Assembly: GCA_010356995.1 (NCBI GenBank)
Contig: ML996694.1
Location: 619,224 to 683,223 of the forward strand
Source of the DNA: Trichodelitschia bisporula
Taxonomy: Eukaryota
DNA: 64,000 bases
Direction: 5' to 3'
A program made the position numbers and the translations under genes. A model generated the notes under the pieces. That model ran no database searches. It had not been told where the DNA came from and saw only the letters and a list, made by a program, of their open reading frames with translations. Position 1 is the stretch's first letter. Each line of letters begins with the position of its first letter. Positions 24,701-38,820 of the stretch are shown here, piece after piece.

Positions 24701-27700
24701 TCTTTGATGACCATTTTGAGAGCAAAGCGAGGCCGCGGAACTTCTTTCACAATCTCACCACCCGTCATAGCCAAGTTGGCGTTGGACTACTCAACCGCGG
24801 GCAGCTCACCACGCAGTCTCGGCCACTTTGTCCGTTTCTTACAACCGCCCACCTGCCCGTTCTCGAAGCGCTTAGTCTCTGTGTACAGCAAAACTGGCCG
24901 GTCATTCTCGTAGGCTCCTCGGGATCCGGGAAGACTACGGTAATCGAGCATGCAGCCGCAGTGGTTGGAGCCGAAACAATCTCATTCCCTATGAATGCCG
25001 ACATCGATGCTATGGATCTCGTTGGCGGGTACGAGCAGGCTGATCCCCTGCGGCAGAAGTTCCACATCGTCTCTGAAGTCCGGAGTTTTGCCCATGAGCA
25101 AATTATCATAGCTGCGAAGTCTGCAGTCCATGAGCATATCGGGGCTCTGATTGTCCTTGAAACTGTCGCTTCACAGGGATCATCGAAAGCTGACCTTGCC
25201 GGCATTTTAGCATCTTTGCAGAAGTTGGTCTCACATTCAGAGTCAAGGCGCGTGTTAGAACTTTCCCGGGCGGTTGCAGCACTCGAGGCCCTCCCTGACC
25301 AGATCGAAAAGGCCCAATTTGAATGGGTTGACGGCCTGCTCGTCCAAGCCCTGGAGCGCGGCAACTGGCTCATTCTGGATAATGCCAATCTTTGCAGCTC
25401 GTCTGTCCTGGATAGACTGAACTCGCTGCTCGAGCCAAACGGCGAGTTGAGCCTTACCGAGCATCCGCTGGACAACGGCGACGCGAGAATAGTCCGCCCA
25501 CATCCTAACTTCCGCATCTTTCTTACCATGGACCCGCGTAATGGTGAATTGTCGCGTGCTATGCGCAACCGCGCCATTGAGTTGTATCTACCGCCGCTTC
25601 CTGAAAACGATGTCGCTGTTGGACAGGGCCGCTTCTGCTTCGGTCTTGAATCTAGCATGTACAGATTCCGGAACTTCGCCAAGTGCGAAGCGGTGGCCCG
25701 TTCAAACTTGAAGGTAGTCGACGTGGCGATTGATCACTTGGGCCATCTTGACCAGCACATTGAGAAGAGTTTCCAGAATCAAGTTGCCCAGGGATTATTG
25801 ACTACCGAAGAGGAAATCAAGAGCAATATAGTCTCCAAGATCCAGCTCATGATACCGGTGAAGCATTCCTTGGACTCCGGAATGGGAGAGGGTTACTACA
25901 CACTAGAGGTCAGTCAACTCCTCAGAACTTGCGCCATTTATACTGATCTTGTGTGCTTCTGTATAGACAATGCACCCCTTGAACAACGATGTCGTCTTCC
26001 GGTATTGTGCAAACCCGCTTCATTCAAAGTTGGCCGAGGAAATCGAAGATCGCATCCACGTCTCCGCCATGGCTAAGCGTTATGAACAAGCAGCCCGCCT
26101 AGCGGACACCAAGCCAGTACAGCAAATGACGCCCTTCGACTATTCTGCTGCCTCTACGCGACTCCCGGCGCACAAGCGGGACTCTTCACGCGACGTTGCG
26201 CAGTTCCTACGTGAATCACTGGACCTTATGTCCCGATTTTTCCAACTCACGTCTGAGCTGAACAGAGATAGCGAGGTTTGTACTCCTCTCCAACACATAT
26301 TGAAGATCTCTAACTTTGCAGACCATTCGAATCAACAGAGCCTTCATCCGCTTCTGGACCGACCTTTTTGACCTGGTTCAGGCCCCCAAGCTCGAGGAAG
26401 CTGTCTTCCAGATGTACCTCCGTCTCGGCTCCTCAGCCATCAGTAGACTCACCGGAAATCTTGACGTGGACCGTGTCTTCTTGAAGCAGCTGGCGAATAT
26501 GCTCCGCGTCTTCATCCGAATGACCAACTTCACCACCGGCCACAGCATGGAGCGGCTCTGGGAGACATTTCGTCCCGTCACTGCCCCAACTCTCGATCGT
26601 GTGCACACATTGCTCCGCCTGGAAGCGCTGGCTGATCAGTTTGATGCGCTAGCCTCGCCTGCCCGTGTTCCTCTTGAAGAGCTGAGCAGAATCCGTGGCG
26701 CATTCGCACAGGCGCTCGTTGCGGTCAAGCAACAGGATGTAGACGCAGCTGGCTTGCTCGAGATGCTGAAATCCACTATCGGGGAGTTCAGAACTGATGA
26801 CGAAAAAGAGGTAGTTGAAGTCGTGGTGCCATTTTTCCAGGCCGAGTTCGAAGCTATCAGCCAGTGCTTTGATCTTTGCTCTCTCACGGACCTCGAGCGT
26901 GGCAAGCCTGCTTTGCTCCAGTATGTGGAGATTATGGCGCAGCGGTCAACGAAGGTGAAAACCTTGGAGGGTATTGATGAAATCAAGAAGCGCATATTGA
27001 TGGCCCTTGATTGCTACGTTGGGAGCGACGGTGTCGAGGTGCCGCGGGCGCTGGATCAGAATGTGCTCACGTTTGTGGCGCGGAAGATGGCCCGCCTTGA
27101 CTCCGTGCCGCTCGGGCGGCTTGATCTGCTCAAGTCTGAAGTCGATGTCCTCGGCCAAGTACTTTCAACAGGAGCCAGTACGATTTGTGAGGACCAGACA
27201 CTATACCTCCACGCTGTGCTCCGCCGGCTTATGGACGTTGTTTTAAACGCTCATCAGGACATCTTGCAACAGGTCCCTGGCTATGAGAAACCGAACCTGA
27301 TTGCGCTCAATCACTTGCTATCACAACCACAGCCAATCTCTAACGAGATTTCCGAGATCCTGGACCCATTGAGAGCATTGAACGTCGCCGCGTCTTACCT
27401 GCAAGCGACTCCTGGAAGCAACCCGCAGGATCTAGCTACAGCGGCCGAGGCGTGGATCCGTTTCTCCCTGGCCTGTATCGCCCTCTACGTCCCTGACCGG
27501 CCGTTTGATCCCGCATTGAGATATAAGGTTCTCCGAGAATGGTTCCTCAAGGACAAGAACCAGATCATGACAGACCTCGACGCCTTGGAGCGTTTCGATC
27601 TTGAATTTCAAGGCCAGAAGCACACTCTCCGTTCTGCTATCGTCCAAGATCGCCTGGCCGAGATAGGTGAAGAACCAGCAGAGCTGATGATTGCGCGTCC

Positions 27701-30700
27701 ACCGCCTGCCCAACTTAGTCAACTTCAGGGCGAATTTAACAACGTGCTCCGAGTCGCAAAGGCCGTAGATCAGGCCATGTCAGAGGGCGTCGGCGCTGTT
27801 GCCAGTTGCAACGAGGGGAAGAATATTGCCAGCGTTTTGAAGCGTCTTCGGAACGCCCACCGCGCATATGATGATCTGGTCTTGCCTCTTATTGGACTAC
27901 TTCAGGCTCTGAACGTCGGCCTGGGACTTGCGAAACGTGCGACCAAGGCTGAACATGGCGCTGAACATGGCAAGGACGGCCGCAATACCCTTCAAGGCTT
28001 GCTCACCCTGCGCGAAGAAGAGCCGGACCTGCTAAGGACGAGCGAGGAATTCGACTCGCTAGTCACTTCCCTGAGGCGTGTGGCTCTGCTTGCAAACGTC
28101 GAGAAGGTGCAGGAACCGAAGAGACGGGCAATCAATGAGGCGCATGAGTTGTTCGACACCGTGTACAACAACTGGAAGCGCGACATGACGGAGGAGCAGA
28201 AGAAACATCGCGATCAGCACAGCTTATATACCTACCAGGGTAGCCACGAAGGCGATGAGGCTCAGGCGGAGAAGGAGTACGACGAGCTGTTCCCGGATTA
28301 CGACAAGCAAGCTGAAGACGATGAAAAGCCTCAGTCAAAGGGACCCAAACTGCTTGATGCAGGCAACGAGATTGCCGAACTCCATGGGCAAATATTCTGT
28401 GGTGGTGCCTCACCGCATGATCTCGTTAAGTCCGTCCTCCTTGCTGGCTTCTCGAAGAAGGAGCCAGAGGCAGATTACGCACCGCTACTCCCAGCACTTT
28501 ACCTCGCGTTCCAACGCACGAAAGGCGTGCTCGACTCTACTGAGAATGACACACCCACCTACAACTTCTACGTTTCGCCCAATACGGTAGAAGCCAAGCG
28601 TCTGGCCGCCTTCGTCCACCGCCTGCAGGCGCGCTTCCGCGAACTCCAACGCGCATGGCCCGAACACGCTACGCTACACGAAGTCTTAACGCTAGGCGAC
28701 AAAATCCTCGAATTCGCGCACACCGAACCGGTTGCCAAGTTCCTGGCCAAGGCCGAAAAGCTGCACGAAGCGGTTGACCGGTGGGAGAAGGTCGCTAGCA
28801 AAGAATTCAGCGCAACCGTATTGTATTCCGAGCTTACGGCGCTGTTGGTCAGCTGGCGCCGGCTGGAGCTGGGAACCTGGATGCGGCTGTTCGATCTCGA
28901 GACCGAGAAGTGCGTTGCCGATGCACGTAACTGGTGGTTCGTGGCGTATGAGAATGTGATTGCTGCGCCGTTGTCGCTGGTGCAGCAGGGAGAGTCCGTT
29001 GATCGCCATGTCAAAGAGCTCCTGAAGACGCTCGAGGCGTTCTTTGCTACGACATCCCTCGGCCAGTACAGCGCTCGCCTGCATTTGATCCGCGTGTTTG
29101 AACGGCGGTTGGCGGCACAGGAAGATGTTGTTCCGGCTTTGGCTTCGCTACGGGACGGGCTGCGCAACTTCTTATCCTACTATGCGCGATTCGAGGGTAC
29201 CGTCAGTGAAGACTTAGCCAAGGGACGGCTGGCGCTGGAGAAGAAAGTGAAAGAGATCATTTTACTCGCCAGTTGGAAGGACACGAACATCGAGGCGCTC
29301 AAACAGAGCGCGAAGGTGTCGCACCGCAAGCTCTTCAAGGTGGTGCGCAAATTCCGGACGCTGTTAGGACGCTCGGTGCAAGGGATCGTACAGCTCGGCC
29401 CTGTGGACAAGACTGTGGCTGGTATACCGGACCTGGCGATTCTCCCATCGCGAGTGGAAGTCGACCAGAAGGCAGTGTCAATCTGCCAGACGCATATTAG
29501 CGACTGGGACGCCACACCATCACGCTTCAAGAACGTGGCCGTCACGGCATCGCTTATGTTCAAGCTGAGCCAGCCGCCGCAAGACACCGCCGATGGTAGT
29601 GCTTACATCACCGCCTTCCTCAGCGACCTTGACGAAACGACGAAGGCCCTGCAAGAGGAAACACCAGCATTCCTCACCGAGGAAAACCAGCCTATGGTTA
29701 AGCACCTAAAGACGCGCAAGCGTACCCTCTTTGCCGACACGCTCAAGACTCTGCGTCTCATGGGCCTGCAGTACAACCTATCTAGCCACGTCCTGCTCGC
29801 TCAAAATTCTGTCGCCAGCGTGTTCGCCACGCTCCCGGCTCTCTCAGCATCAGGCGAGATCCCAGCCATCGAGTGCGCAGAGTTTTTCTTCCATAAGGTT
29901 CTTAGTTTGATGGCGGACGTCCGTGAAGTCCAGCGCGAGCACTCGCCGGATCTAACGCCGGCAGAGATAGCTCGCAGCGTCGGATATCTCGAAGACTTGC
30001 TCCACCGCCAAGTCACACAGCGGGCCACCATCGCGGGTGCACTCAACGATTTTGCACAACTCAATTCGGCGGTTGAGAAGGCTCGCAACCTCTGGGCAAC
30101 CAAGTATGCATTTGTGCAAGATTCCGCGGATCTCGATCTCGTCCCAGTACTTCGGACAATTCAATGGCTCATACCTCTTACATCCGTTATGGCACATGTA
30201 GTGTCAGCGCACTCCGAGCTTGGCAAGCAGGATACATCCGCTGTAAGTGCGGCGCTCACGCGCTGCAGCTCAGAACTTGCTTCGTTGGTACAGCGCGCTG
30301 AGCGTCTTCCGCACCTGCCTGAAAACATTACGAGCACCGTGCACACGGCGCTACTCGCCGATGCGCAGGTGGCCCTCAAGTCGCTTGCTCAGCACGTCAG
30401 CAGCTGGACGCTGACATACCCGGCTCTGGCGCCTCTACTGCGGCAGTTGTTGCCGTGGATTCAGATGCCTTATGTTGAGCGCAAGGAGCGGGCACTGGCT
30501 GCCGTGACGCTGGGTGCCGTTCGACAGGCGGTGTTTGCGTGCGTGGATCAGACGCTCGGTGCGGTGCAAGATCTCAGCAAAGTCTGGGCGGATATGCCCA
30601 CTTCAAGTGACGAGGTGAGCTGGTACACGCGTGAGGAAGCCGGATATGTTGGCGCTGTTGCAGCAGTGCGTGCGGGAACTGTGGCAAGGGGACTTGAGCA

Positions 30701-33485
30701 GATGTTAAGTTCTATGGGAGGGTTGAGCGGCGAAGAGCTTGGGGTTGCCGCGGCGCTTATTGGTGTTGTTGCGCCTATTGTGGAACAGTTCCGCGAGACG
30801 TTTCTCGCAGTGCTGAGCCGGTTTGCGGGGTTTCACCTTGCTACGTGTCGGATAGCGTGGAGGCTGTGTGCTGCGTTTGTGGAGATTGGGAAACGCGGGT
30901 TCTGCACGCCGCCGGAAAAGAGTGGGGGCAAGAACGAAGGGGAGGAAAAGCTGGAGGGTGGAACTGGGTTGGGTGAGGGAGAGGGAGCGGAGGATATCAG
31001 CAAGGATATCAAGGACGACGAGGACTTGGACGAGTTGGCGGAGCAGGAGGATGAGGGAGGGAAGAAGGATATCGAGGAAGAGAAAGATGCGGTGGATATG
31101 GGCGACTCGGAGATGAAGGGCGAGACAGGTGACGTGGAAGAGGAAGAAGGCGAGGAGGGCCAATCTGGCGATGAAAAGGAGGAAGATGAGATGGAGGACG
31201 AAACCGGCAGCGTTGATGACCTCGGACCTTCGGCTGTGGACGAAAGGCTCTGGGACGAAGGCGGTGAAGCGGACAAAGAGAAAGAAGGTGACCAAAGCAA
31301 GGGTGAGAAAGAAGACGACCAAGCCGCTGCACAGCTCCAGAAGGAGCAACAGCAAGCCCAAGAGGCCGAGCAAGATGACCTGGAGGCCGAAGAAGCGCCA
31401 CCTGATGAACCCGAGGCCGTCGGCCAGCAGGAAACCGAGAAGATGGACCCGCACGTCGACGAGGAGGAGGCACTTGACCTGCCAGACGATATGAACCTCG
31501 ACGGTGGTGACGCCGACAAGTCGGATGGCGAACTCGACGATCTGGACCTCGAAGACGACGAACAACCACAGCAGGAAATGGAAACCGACGAGCTGATGCC
31601 GGATCAGCCTGAGGTGGACGAGACACGCGACGGGGACGAGACCGCTGCCGAAGATGCGGAAGACACAAACGAGGGTGTTGAAGACCCCGACGCCGACCAG
31701 CCGGAAGATACTGATGGTGAAGACTCTGATGGTGAGGAGGATGACAACCCTCTTGCACTCGAAGACGACGCAACCATCGCAGCCGAGGACGCGGCGCCCA
31801 GCGAGCCGCGCGGGACAGGCGCCGATGCCGCAGACTCGGCACAGGATACCAAGGCAGCTAACACGTCTGCACCGGAAGATGCCGGCACTGAAGATCCGCA
31901 AGATCCATCTTCAGCCGAAGCGGGGCGGGACGGCGCACAGGGCGAATCGGGAACAGAAAATGCAGTTGGACAAGCGGAAGACGCGCCCTCGTGCCCGCCC
32001 GATGAGGCGCAGTTCCGCAAGCTGGGCGATGCGCTGGAGAAGTGGTACCAGAAGCAGAAAGCTATCCAAGCGGCGCGGGAAGATGATGGGGAGAAGGGTG
32101 AGGAGAAGGAGCGCGATGTCGATATGCAGGATGCGGACTTTGAGCACCTGCGTGATGAGCAGAGCAAGTCGGAGGCGCAGGCGCTCGGCGCGGCGAGTGA
32201 GGATCAGGCGAGGGCGCTGGAGCAAGACAATGCGGTTGCCGGTAACGAGAATGAGCTGCAGCAGGGCTTTGCGGAGGATGAGAACGAGCAACCCGAGGAG
32301 CTCGAGCAAGACGACGTCTCCATGCCCGACGCTGACGCCTCAGCCGCCGATCCCGAAGCCCCAGGCCCACAATCCGCCTCGGGCCCGCCCACTTCCTTCA
32401 TCGGCCCGCCAACCTCCGCGCCCCGTCCCGCCGCCGACTCCGAAGCCGACCTCGCCGACGCCGCCAACGACGAGCACCTCTCCACCGACCTCTCGACCAT
32501 ACACCTAACCCCTGACTCCCCCCCAACCCCCGCCCACGCCCTCTGGCAGCACCACGAATCACGCACCCGCGCCCTTTCCACCACCCTCACCGAACAACTC
32601 CGCCTCATCCTCGCACCCACCCTGGCCTCTAAGCTGCGCGGCGACTTCCGCACCGGCAAGCGCCTCAACGTCAAGCGCATCATTCCATATATTGCCAGCG
32701 GGTATAAGAGGGACAAGATCTGGCTCCGGCGAGATGCACCCAACCGTCGCGCGTATCAAATTATGCTGGCGCTGGATGATAGTCGAAGTATGGCGGGTGG
32801 CGCGACGCCCGGGGTCAACGGCTCCACCGGGACCAATGGGGCTACTGTTGTTTCAGGACAAGAGACAGGCGCCACCCTCGCCCTCGACACCCTTGCGCTC
32901 GTCGCAAGAGCTCTGAGTACACTCGAATCCGGCGCCCTCTCCATCGTCAACTTCGGCGAGACGGTCCGCACGGTACACCCCTTCGCGCAGCCGTTCAGCG
33001 ACGCCGCCGGCGCGGCTGCGTTCGGCAGCTTTAGCTTCAGCCAAGAACGCACGGATGTGCGTGCCTTGCTGCGCGTTGCGCTCGAGGAGTTCAGGTCCGC
33101 ACGCACGATGGGCGCAGCCGGCGCGGGGGACGGTGTGTGGCAGATCCTCCTCGTTGTGAGTGATGGCGTGTGTGAGGGGCATGAGGAAGTTGGCCGTCTG
33201 GTCCGTGAAGCCTGGGCGGAAGGGATTATGGTTGTTTTCGTGGTTGTCGATGCTGAGGCTATGGCTTCGGGCGCGGGGGATGGAAAGTCTGGCGGTGGAA
33301 TCATGGAGTTGCAGCGTGTGGAGTTTGTCGAGGAGGGTGGGGAGGTGCGGGTTGTGCGCGGGCGGTATATGGACACGTTCCCGTTTCGGTGGTGGGTTGT
33401 TGTGCGTGATGTACGGGAGTTGCCTGGGGTACTCGCGGGGGCGTTGAGGCAGTGGTTTGCGGAGGTGGTGGAGGCGGGTGCTTAG
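18727..33485 (+). CDS. MDN1: Midasin/Rea1 dynein-like AAA ATPase (~4,884 aa); introns 25909-25966 and 26276-26321
   Basis: Six AAA modules (GLAGAGKT, GETGIGKT, GPTSSGKT, GETGCGKT, GNPGVGKT, GSSGSGKT), a long linker, GTGLGEGEGAEDIS, a D/E-rich tail and a C-terminal MIDAS domain (LRGDFRTGKRLN, DDSRSM, YMDTFPF). Two canonical introns join the three ORFs in frame. Confidence 0.97.
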
Positions 33486-34375
33486 TCGGTAGAGGGTGGT
33501 GATGTATGTATGCGTTACAGTACTGTAGAACGAAACTCTGTTCACGATAACCGTCGTTCGCCATGTATGATGTCATGTAGGCATGAGGAAAGAGCATTGC
33601 TGAGCGGAAAGGAACATGGTTATTTGTGGATGATGGGAGGAAGGAGCATGGGAGGATACTTGATATCAACAGTGTAATTAATCTAGAGCGTCTCTCGCCT
33701 TCTCCTTTTCCTCGTCCTTCAAAATATCTCACTTCACGCCATAGCCATTAAGCCATTGCATGTGTCCAGTCTATGTTTCCAATATCATGTGCTTGAACTA
33801 GGCGCGCGGTTAACATCGGAAACGAAATACGGCGTCTGCCGACGCGGGATGACGATAACTTGACGTCTGAAAGCAAATTATCAAGGAACTTTGGATTGTG
33901 AAGTGCGTGAAGGTAAGCTTAGGTACGACTGTCCTCGATGACTTCGTCTCAAAACAGTGCCCAGACGCTAGAACTAGTGCTCCGCTCCTTCTCTCCATGT
34001 AGACCGTAGACGATGGTGGCTGCAGTTCACGCTATCTTGCTCTTCGCGCCGTGAACACCATTTCCATTCCTATGTACTGCGGTACTCCATCGCGCCCCTA
34101 ACACCTGCTTTTCCGAAAACACACAATATCACGATCCCGATTGCCCGATCTACACCCACACCCATCCAACCCGACATCACAAACCACGCAAGCAAGCGCA
34201 GTAATCACGAAATACCCGTAACCCGCTACCCTAACCCGCTAACAACCCATCCCATCCGAATCTAGCTCATCACCGTGACCGCCACCCATACCTCAGTCCC
34301 CACCGCATCACACATGGACAGTTCCTTCGTCATAGCATCCCAGTACGAAAACGCCTCTGCTCGAGAGGAAGGAGT

Positions 34376-37300
34376 CTAAGCATCCTCCTCCTTACCTTTC
34401 CCCTCCTTGCCCTTCCCCTTCTTACCCTTCTCCTCATTCGTCTCCCCATTGACCTCCTTCTCCTCGTCCTTTGCCACGCCATTGACCTCCGCCTTCTCCT
34501 CTTTCACCTCCTCATTAACACCCCCATTCTCCCCCTCCCTCCCCACCGCCCTCCTCTCACGGAGACTCAACTTCCCCGCGCCCACCGCAGCCGCCGCAAC
34601 CGCCGCCCCCGCAACCGCAGCACCCACCCCCTTAACCTTCTCCCTCTTGGAGCCATGCACCCTCAACCCCAGAACCCTCCTCTCCTCCTCCCCCGCGCTC
34701 CTCCTGCCCACCCCAGACCCAGACCGCACACTTGCCGCACTAGGCCTGCGATCCCTTATGGCCACTGCAGCCGGATGTTCACTCTCCCCCTCCTCAACCG
34801 CACACTCCTCCGTACCGTCAGGAACACCCAGGACCTCACGCCTCTTCGCCGGATCCCCCAGATCCGCCCAATCGCCCCCAAACGTGACCACACTCGCCTT
34901 CTTCCCATGCACCGTAAAGCTCCCACCCTCACGCCTAAGCTCGGCCGCCTCATCCCCCGCTGCAGACCCAAAACTCTCGCTCTTCCCATGATGTTTCCGC
35001 CGGCCATGCAGCGCATGCGAATGCAACCCACCACTCCCGCCACTCCCGCCACTCTCCCGCAACGACCGCGCCAAGCGACGCTTCCGGCTCTCCGGACTCC
35101 CAGGCGTAATAGGCGGCAACTCATCGTCCGCCGCGTCTTCGTCTGCACCCGGGCGCGGCGGCGTGCGTGGCGTAAAGTACGCCGCCGAGTCGCGCGACTC
35201 GCGCCAGCGCGCCGCCTGCTCGTCCGTCAGGATAGGCGTGCGGTATTCGCTGAGCGTCGGGCTGGGCATGTCATCTGGCATATGGGCGGGGGTGGTGGAT
35301 GCGCGGCGCGGGGGTCGGATGGTGAGATCCGCAGGAGTCGGGGCGGAAACGGTGGGGGCAAGGGGCGCGGTGGCGGTGGTGGTGGTCGGTGTGGCGGCGG
35401 GGGTGAGTTCGGGGGGTGTGCGGAAGTCGTCCGTGCTTGCGATGGAGGAGGAGGATTGGCCTGTTTCGGGGCGGGTGGGGGAGCGGGACGGGCGGGGTGT
35501 TGTGGGGGCGGAGGATGTGGGAGCGGAGGATGTGGTGATGGTCGCGGATGATGCGAAGCGCTCGAGTTTATGTAGGTGCGGCTTGGTCGTCGAACTGCTG
35601 GACTGGCTGGCGATGGAGTTTGGCTTGCCGGCGAGGCGGTCGATGCGCGCTTGCCGGCGCTGGGCCTCGCGCTTCTCCTCCTCTAGGTCCATGGCTAGGA
35701 TGTCGCGGTGGCACTTCATGCGCCAGATCTCGATGCGGCTCCACTTAAGCTGGTCGGCCAGGCGCTCTGCGGCGTGGACGATAGCCTCCCGAGTTTTGGG
35801 TTGGATGGGCGCAAGAATGAGGAGATGGCGCGCGTCGCGGAGGTGTGCGTCGAGTTTGCGCAGTGCCTCCTCGAGACTCGCTTCTGCTTCCTCGATTTTG
35901 GCGGTCATGCCGTCGCGGCGCGCGGCGCTGATCTGCGCTGCTAGGTTGTGGTCGATTTTGCCGGATTGGATTGTGACTTCGCCTGTCGGGGTCTGCACGG
36001 TGGTGCCGTTGCCGTTGCTATTCGAGTTGGACGACTCGAGACGCCGCATTCCGCGCTGACGCTGCCCGTCGTAGTGGCCGCCAACAAGCCCACGCTGCCG
36101 GATGCCTGCGGTCTTAAAGGCGGCTTGATGGTTGAGCTTGACGAGCCAGTCATTCATCTCCTGCTCATTGTCGGCAAGGAAGACCTCCTCGGCGCCATTG
36201 AGGCGGAAAAAGATGAAGGCATTTTTGTGCTTCCGGTACGTCGTATCCATAAGGGCAACGCCATGCTCCGTTGGCAGCACGTGATCGGCCTTGAAGTGAC
36301 TGAGCGTGGGTTTGAACACACAGGGTTGGCCGGCCTGACCCATGCGGACGTGGTTTTCATACTGGTGTACAAAGCCCTTCACAGACGTCGCGTTCTTGAA
36401 GAAGTACAGCCCGCCACCCGTTAGGATGGCGCCCCATTCCTGCCAGGGAGAGCGCGCCGTCTTCTTCTTCGGGTCCTTGCGCCACAGCACGCCGACCTTA
36501 TCAACGGGCAGGTCGACGACGCCAGCCTTCGCCTCATCGGGATTCTCAATGCCAGACGGTGACATAAAGGCATCCGGACGAGAGCGGGATGACTCGATTT
36601 GGATGACCCCGGCCTTCGTCAGGTGGAGCAGGCTCTTGTCGAGGGATGGCGCAGTACCGAGATATGAGTACGGATCCTCCAGAAACATGACGTCCCTGAG
36701 CTGCGGACGCAGCGTGTCAAGCTTGTTCTCGAAGATGAGAGCGTACGGGTCCAGGGGCTCCTTGGTCGGCTTCTTCGCAGCCTCGGGAATGGCGCTCTTG
36801 AGGACCCTCGCGGCACGGCGGTTCTTGCGCGAGCCGAGGGTCGAGTGGTCCAATTCATCCTCGACACGGATGAAAGGCGTGTACACGGTGTTGTCGTAAA
36901 AGCAATCAAGCGCATCGTCGGAAACGCCTTCAATGGACGAGTTCTTGATGTAGTCGGCTTTGGTCATTTTGCGTTTGTTGTTCTTGTTGAATGCGTCCGT
37001 CTGCAGGATAAGAATAGAAAAGGCGATAAAGTACGCTTTGCCGGCCTCCGGAAATATGCCTGGATTGCACTCGTGATAGCGGTCGGCGAAGCTCTGTAGC
37101 ACACGGTCAATTTGCTGTGTCTCGCGCGGCAAATCAATCTCCATTAACAGCTTGCGAATTGCCATGTCGAGCGGGTCGCCAAAGAAGGCGAACTTCCGCA
37201 TGAAGCTCCGCATAACGCTAGGTAGAAAATCATCTCCGCTCTTAGACAGCACCGACGGAATCTGACTCTTATGCATGACATCTTCAATACGAGACAAGTA

Positions 37301-38820
37301 CTGAATTGGTGTCTCGCCGTCCTGGCGCTCCGGGAGCGGAACACTCATGCTCGCAGTCGAAGCAAACCCGGGGGTATGGACGCCGCGTCCAGGTGAGCCC
37401 TGCCGCGGCGAGTGCGGATCCGATCCGTGGCGGAAGCGGTGGCTCAGCCCGAAAAGATTGCTGAGACTGCTGCGGCCGACGGTAGAGGTCGAAGTACGGC
37501 CGCTGCCGCCCCATGGCGGCGTCGGCGGAGGATCGTCTGAGCGGCCACTGTTAGAACCCAGCGTGGAAGAACGAGCGCGGAGAGTAGACATGTTTGGGGG
37601 AACGAGAGTGGGGGAAGAGTGTGTAGAGTGCGAGGATCTAACGGAGTCGTTGCGTAAAACGCCGTTGGGCGGTGCAAATGTAACAGAGGTGGAGGAATTA
37701 CCAGTCCCAGTGTGACCATTGACCCGATGCGGCGACGCAAGTTGGTTTGAACGACGAGGAGACCCATCAGGTGACCCTGTGGAGCTGACCGCGCCCATGC
37801 TCGGACGCGGCGTCGCGGGCGCCGTCTTGGACATGAATGGGGACTGTCCGTCTTCACGTGGAGGAAGAGGAAAGAGCGAGGCGCGGTTGCGGTTGCGACG
37901 CGCGAGCCACGGGAAGGTCGAACTCGACGGAACAGTGCGGGCGTGCGGACGCTGGGGACTCGTCATGTCCGATCCACCTTCCAACGAGTCCATCTCGGAG
38001 CGCGCCGACTCTGACTTGCGCGTCAGCGGCAGTGCACCTGATGAGCGCGACTTTTGGCTCTCGAAGGAGGTCGACGTTGGTCCATGGTCACTCGCGCGAC
38101 TCTCTGCCAGCTGGCGCAATTCATCGGCGGTAACACCGCGCATTGAACGAAAGGGGGCGAAGCGTGACTTTCGGTGATCCATTTTCCTCCGTTCAGGTTT
38201 GTCTTCCGCCCGCGGTTCAACAACCACAGGGCCGTCGACCTTGGGACGTGTGAATTGGTAGAAACGAGACTTCCTGCGGTTTAAGATCGGATTCTCGGAC
38301 TCAGGCTGAGGCTGAGGCTGAGGCTGCGGCTCGAGCGTCGGTGCGGTAGTGATGATAGCGGGCGCTGGCGGTGAGGTTAGACAAGGGTAAAATCACTAAC
38401 ACGAACGGGTCACATACTGGGAGGGACGGCGGGCACGGGCGGCACATCTGCATCTGCTTCCCGCGCAGCGTGCTCCTTTGCCTTTGCTGATAGCTGAGGA
38501 TCAGACGCATGCCTCCACTTTAGCAAGCCGAAGCGCCGTTCGCCAGAGGCGCGCGGGGCCGGCGGCTCGTCGAGCGGGGTATCAAAGGCCGGCAGCAACG
38601 CACGGCCTCTCACGACATCATTCTGGCGAGGTATATCGATGGATGCAGCTCGAGCCGCTACGGCTCCCGACTCAAGGACCGCGAGCTGGGTTGGTGTGGC
38701 TGCTGTCGGCGCGGCTGAGGTAGAGTCGGCTGGGTCTCGCGGGCGGAAGATGTTGATTGTCTCCAGGGTCGATCGGCGGCGGAGATCTCGCTCGCTGCGG
38801 TTCATGCGTAGATCGCGCAT
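34376..38820 (-). CDS. SYT1: Sec7-domain Arf GEF with PH domain (Syt1-like); intron ~38417-38365; start at ATG 38820 or 38805
   Basis: Sec7 motifs FFGDPLDMAIRKLL..LPRETQQIDRVL..FADRYHECNPG and LILQTDAFNKNNKRKMTK, PH domain KVGVLWRKD..WQEWGAIL, and an N-terminal exon with WRHASDPQLS spliced to PAIITTAPT. Confidence 0.85.
38304..38327. repeat. (GGCTGA)n hexamer microsatellite encoding a QP repeat
   Basis: ggctgaggctgaggctgaggctg inside the SYT1-like coding exon. Confidence 0.7.

Noticed and set aside
34214..34250. Telomere-like CCCTAA/TAACCC words (also GTTAGGGTT at ~44805), considered as an interstitial telomere or telomerase RNA template
   Set aside because: Only one perfect unit in a C-rich, skewed background; no array and no supporting structure.
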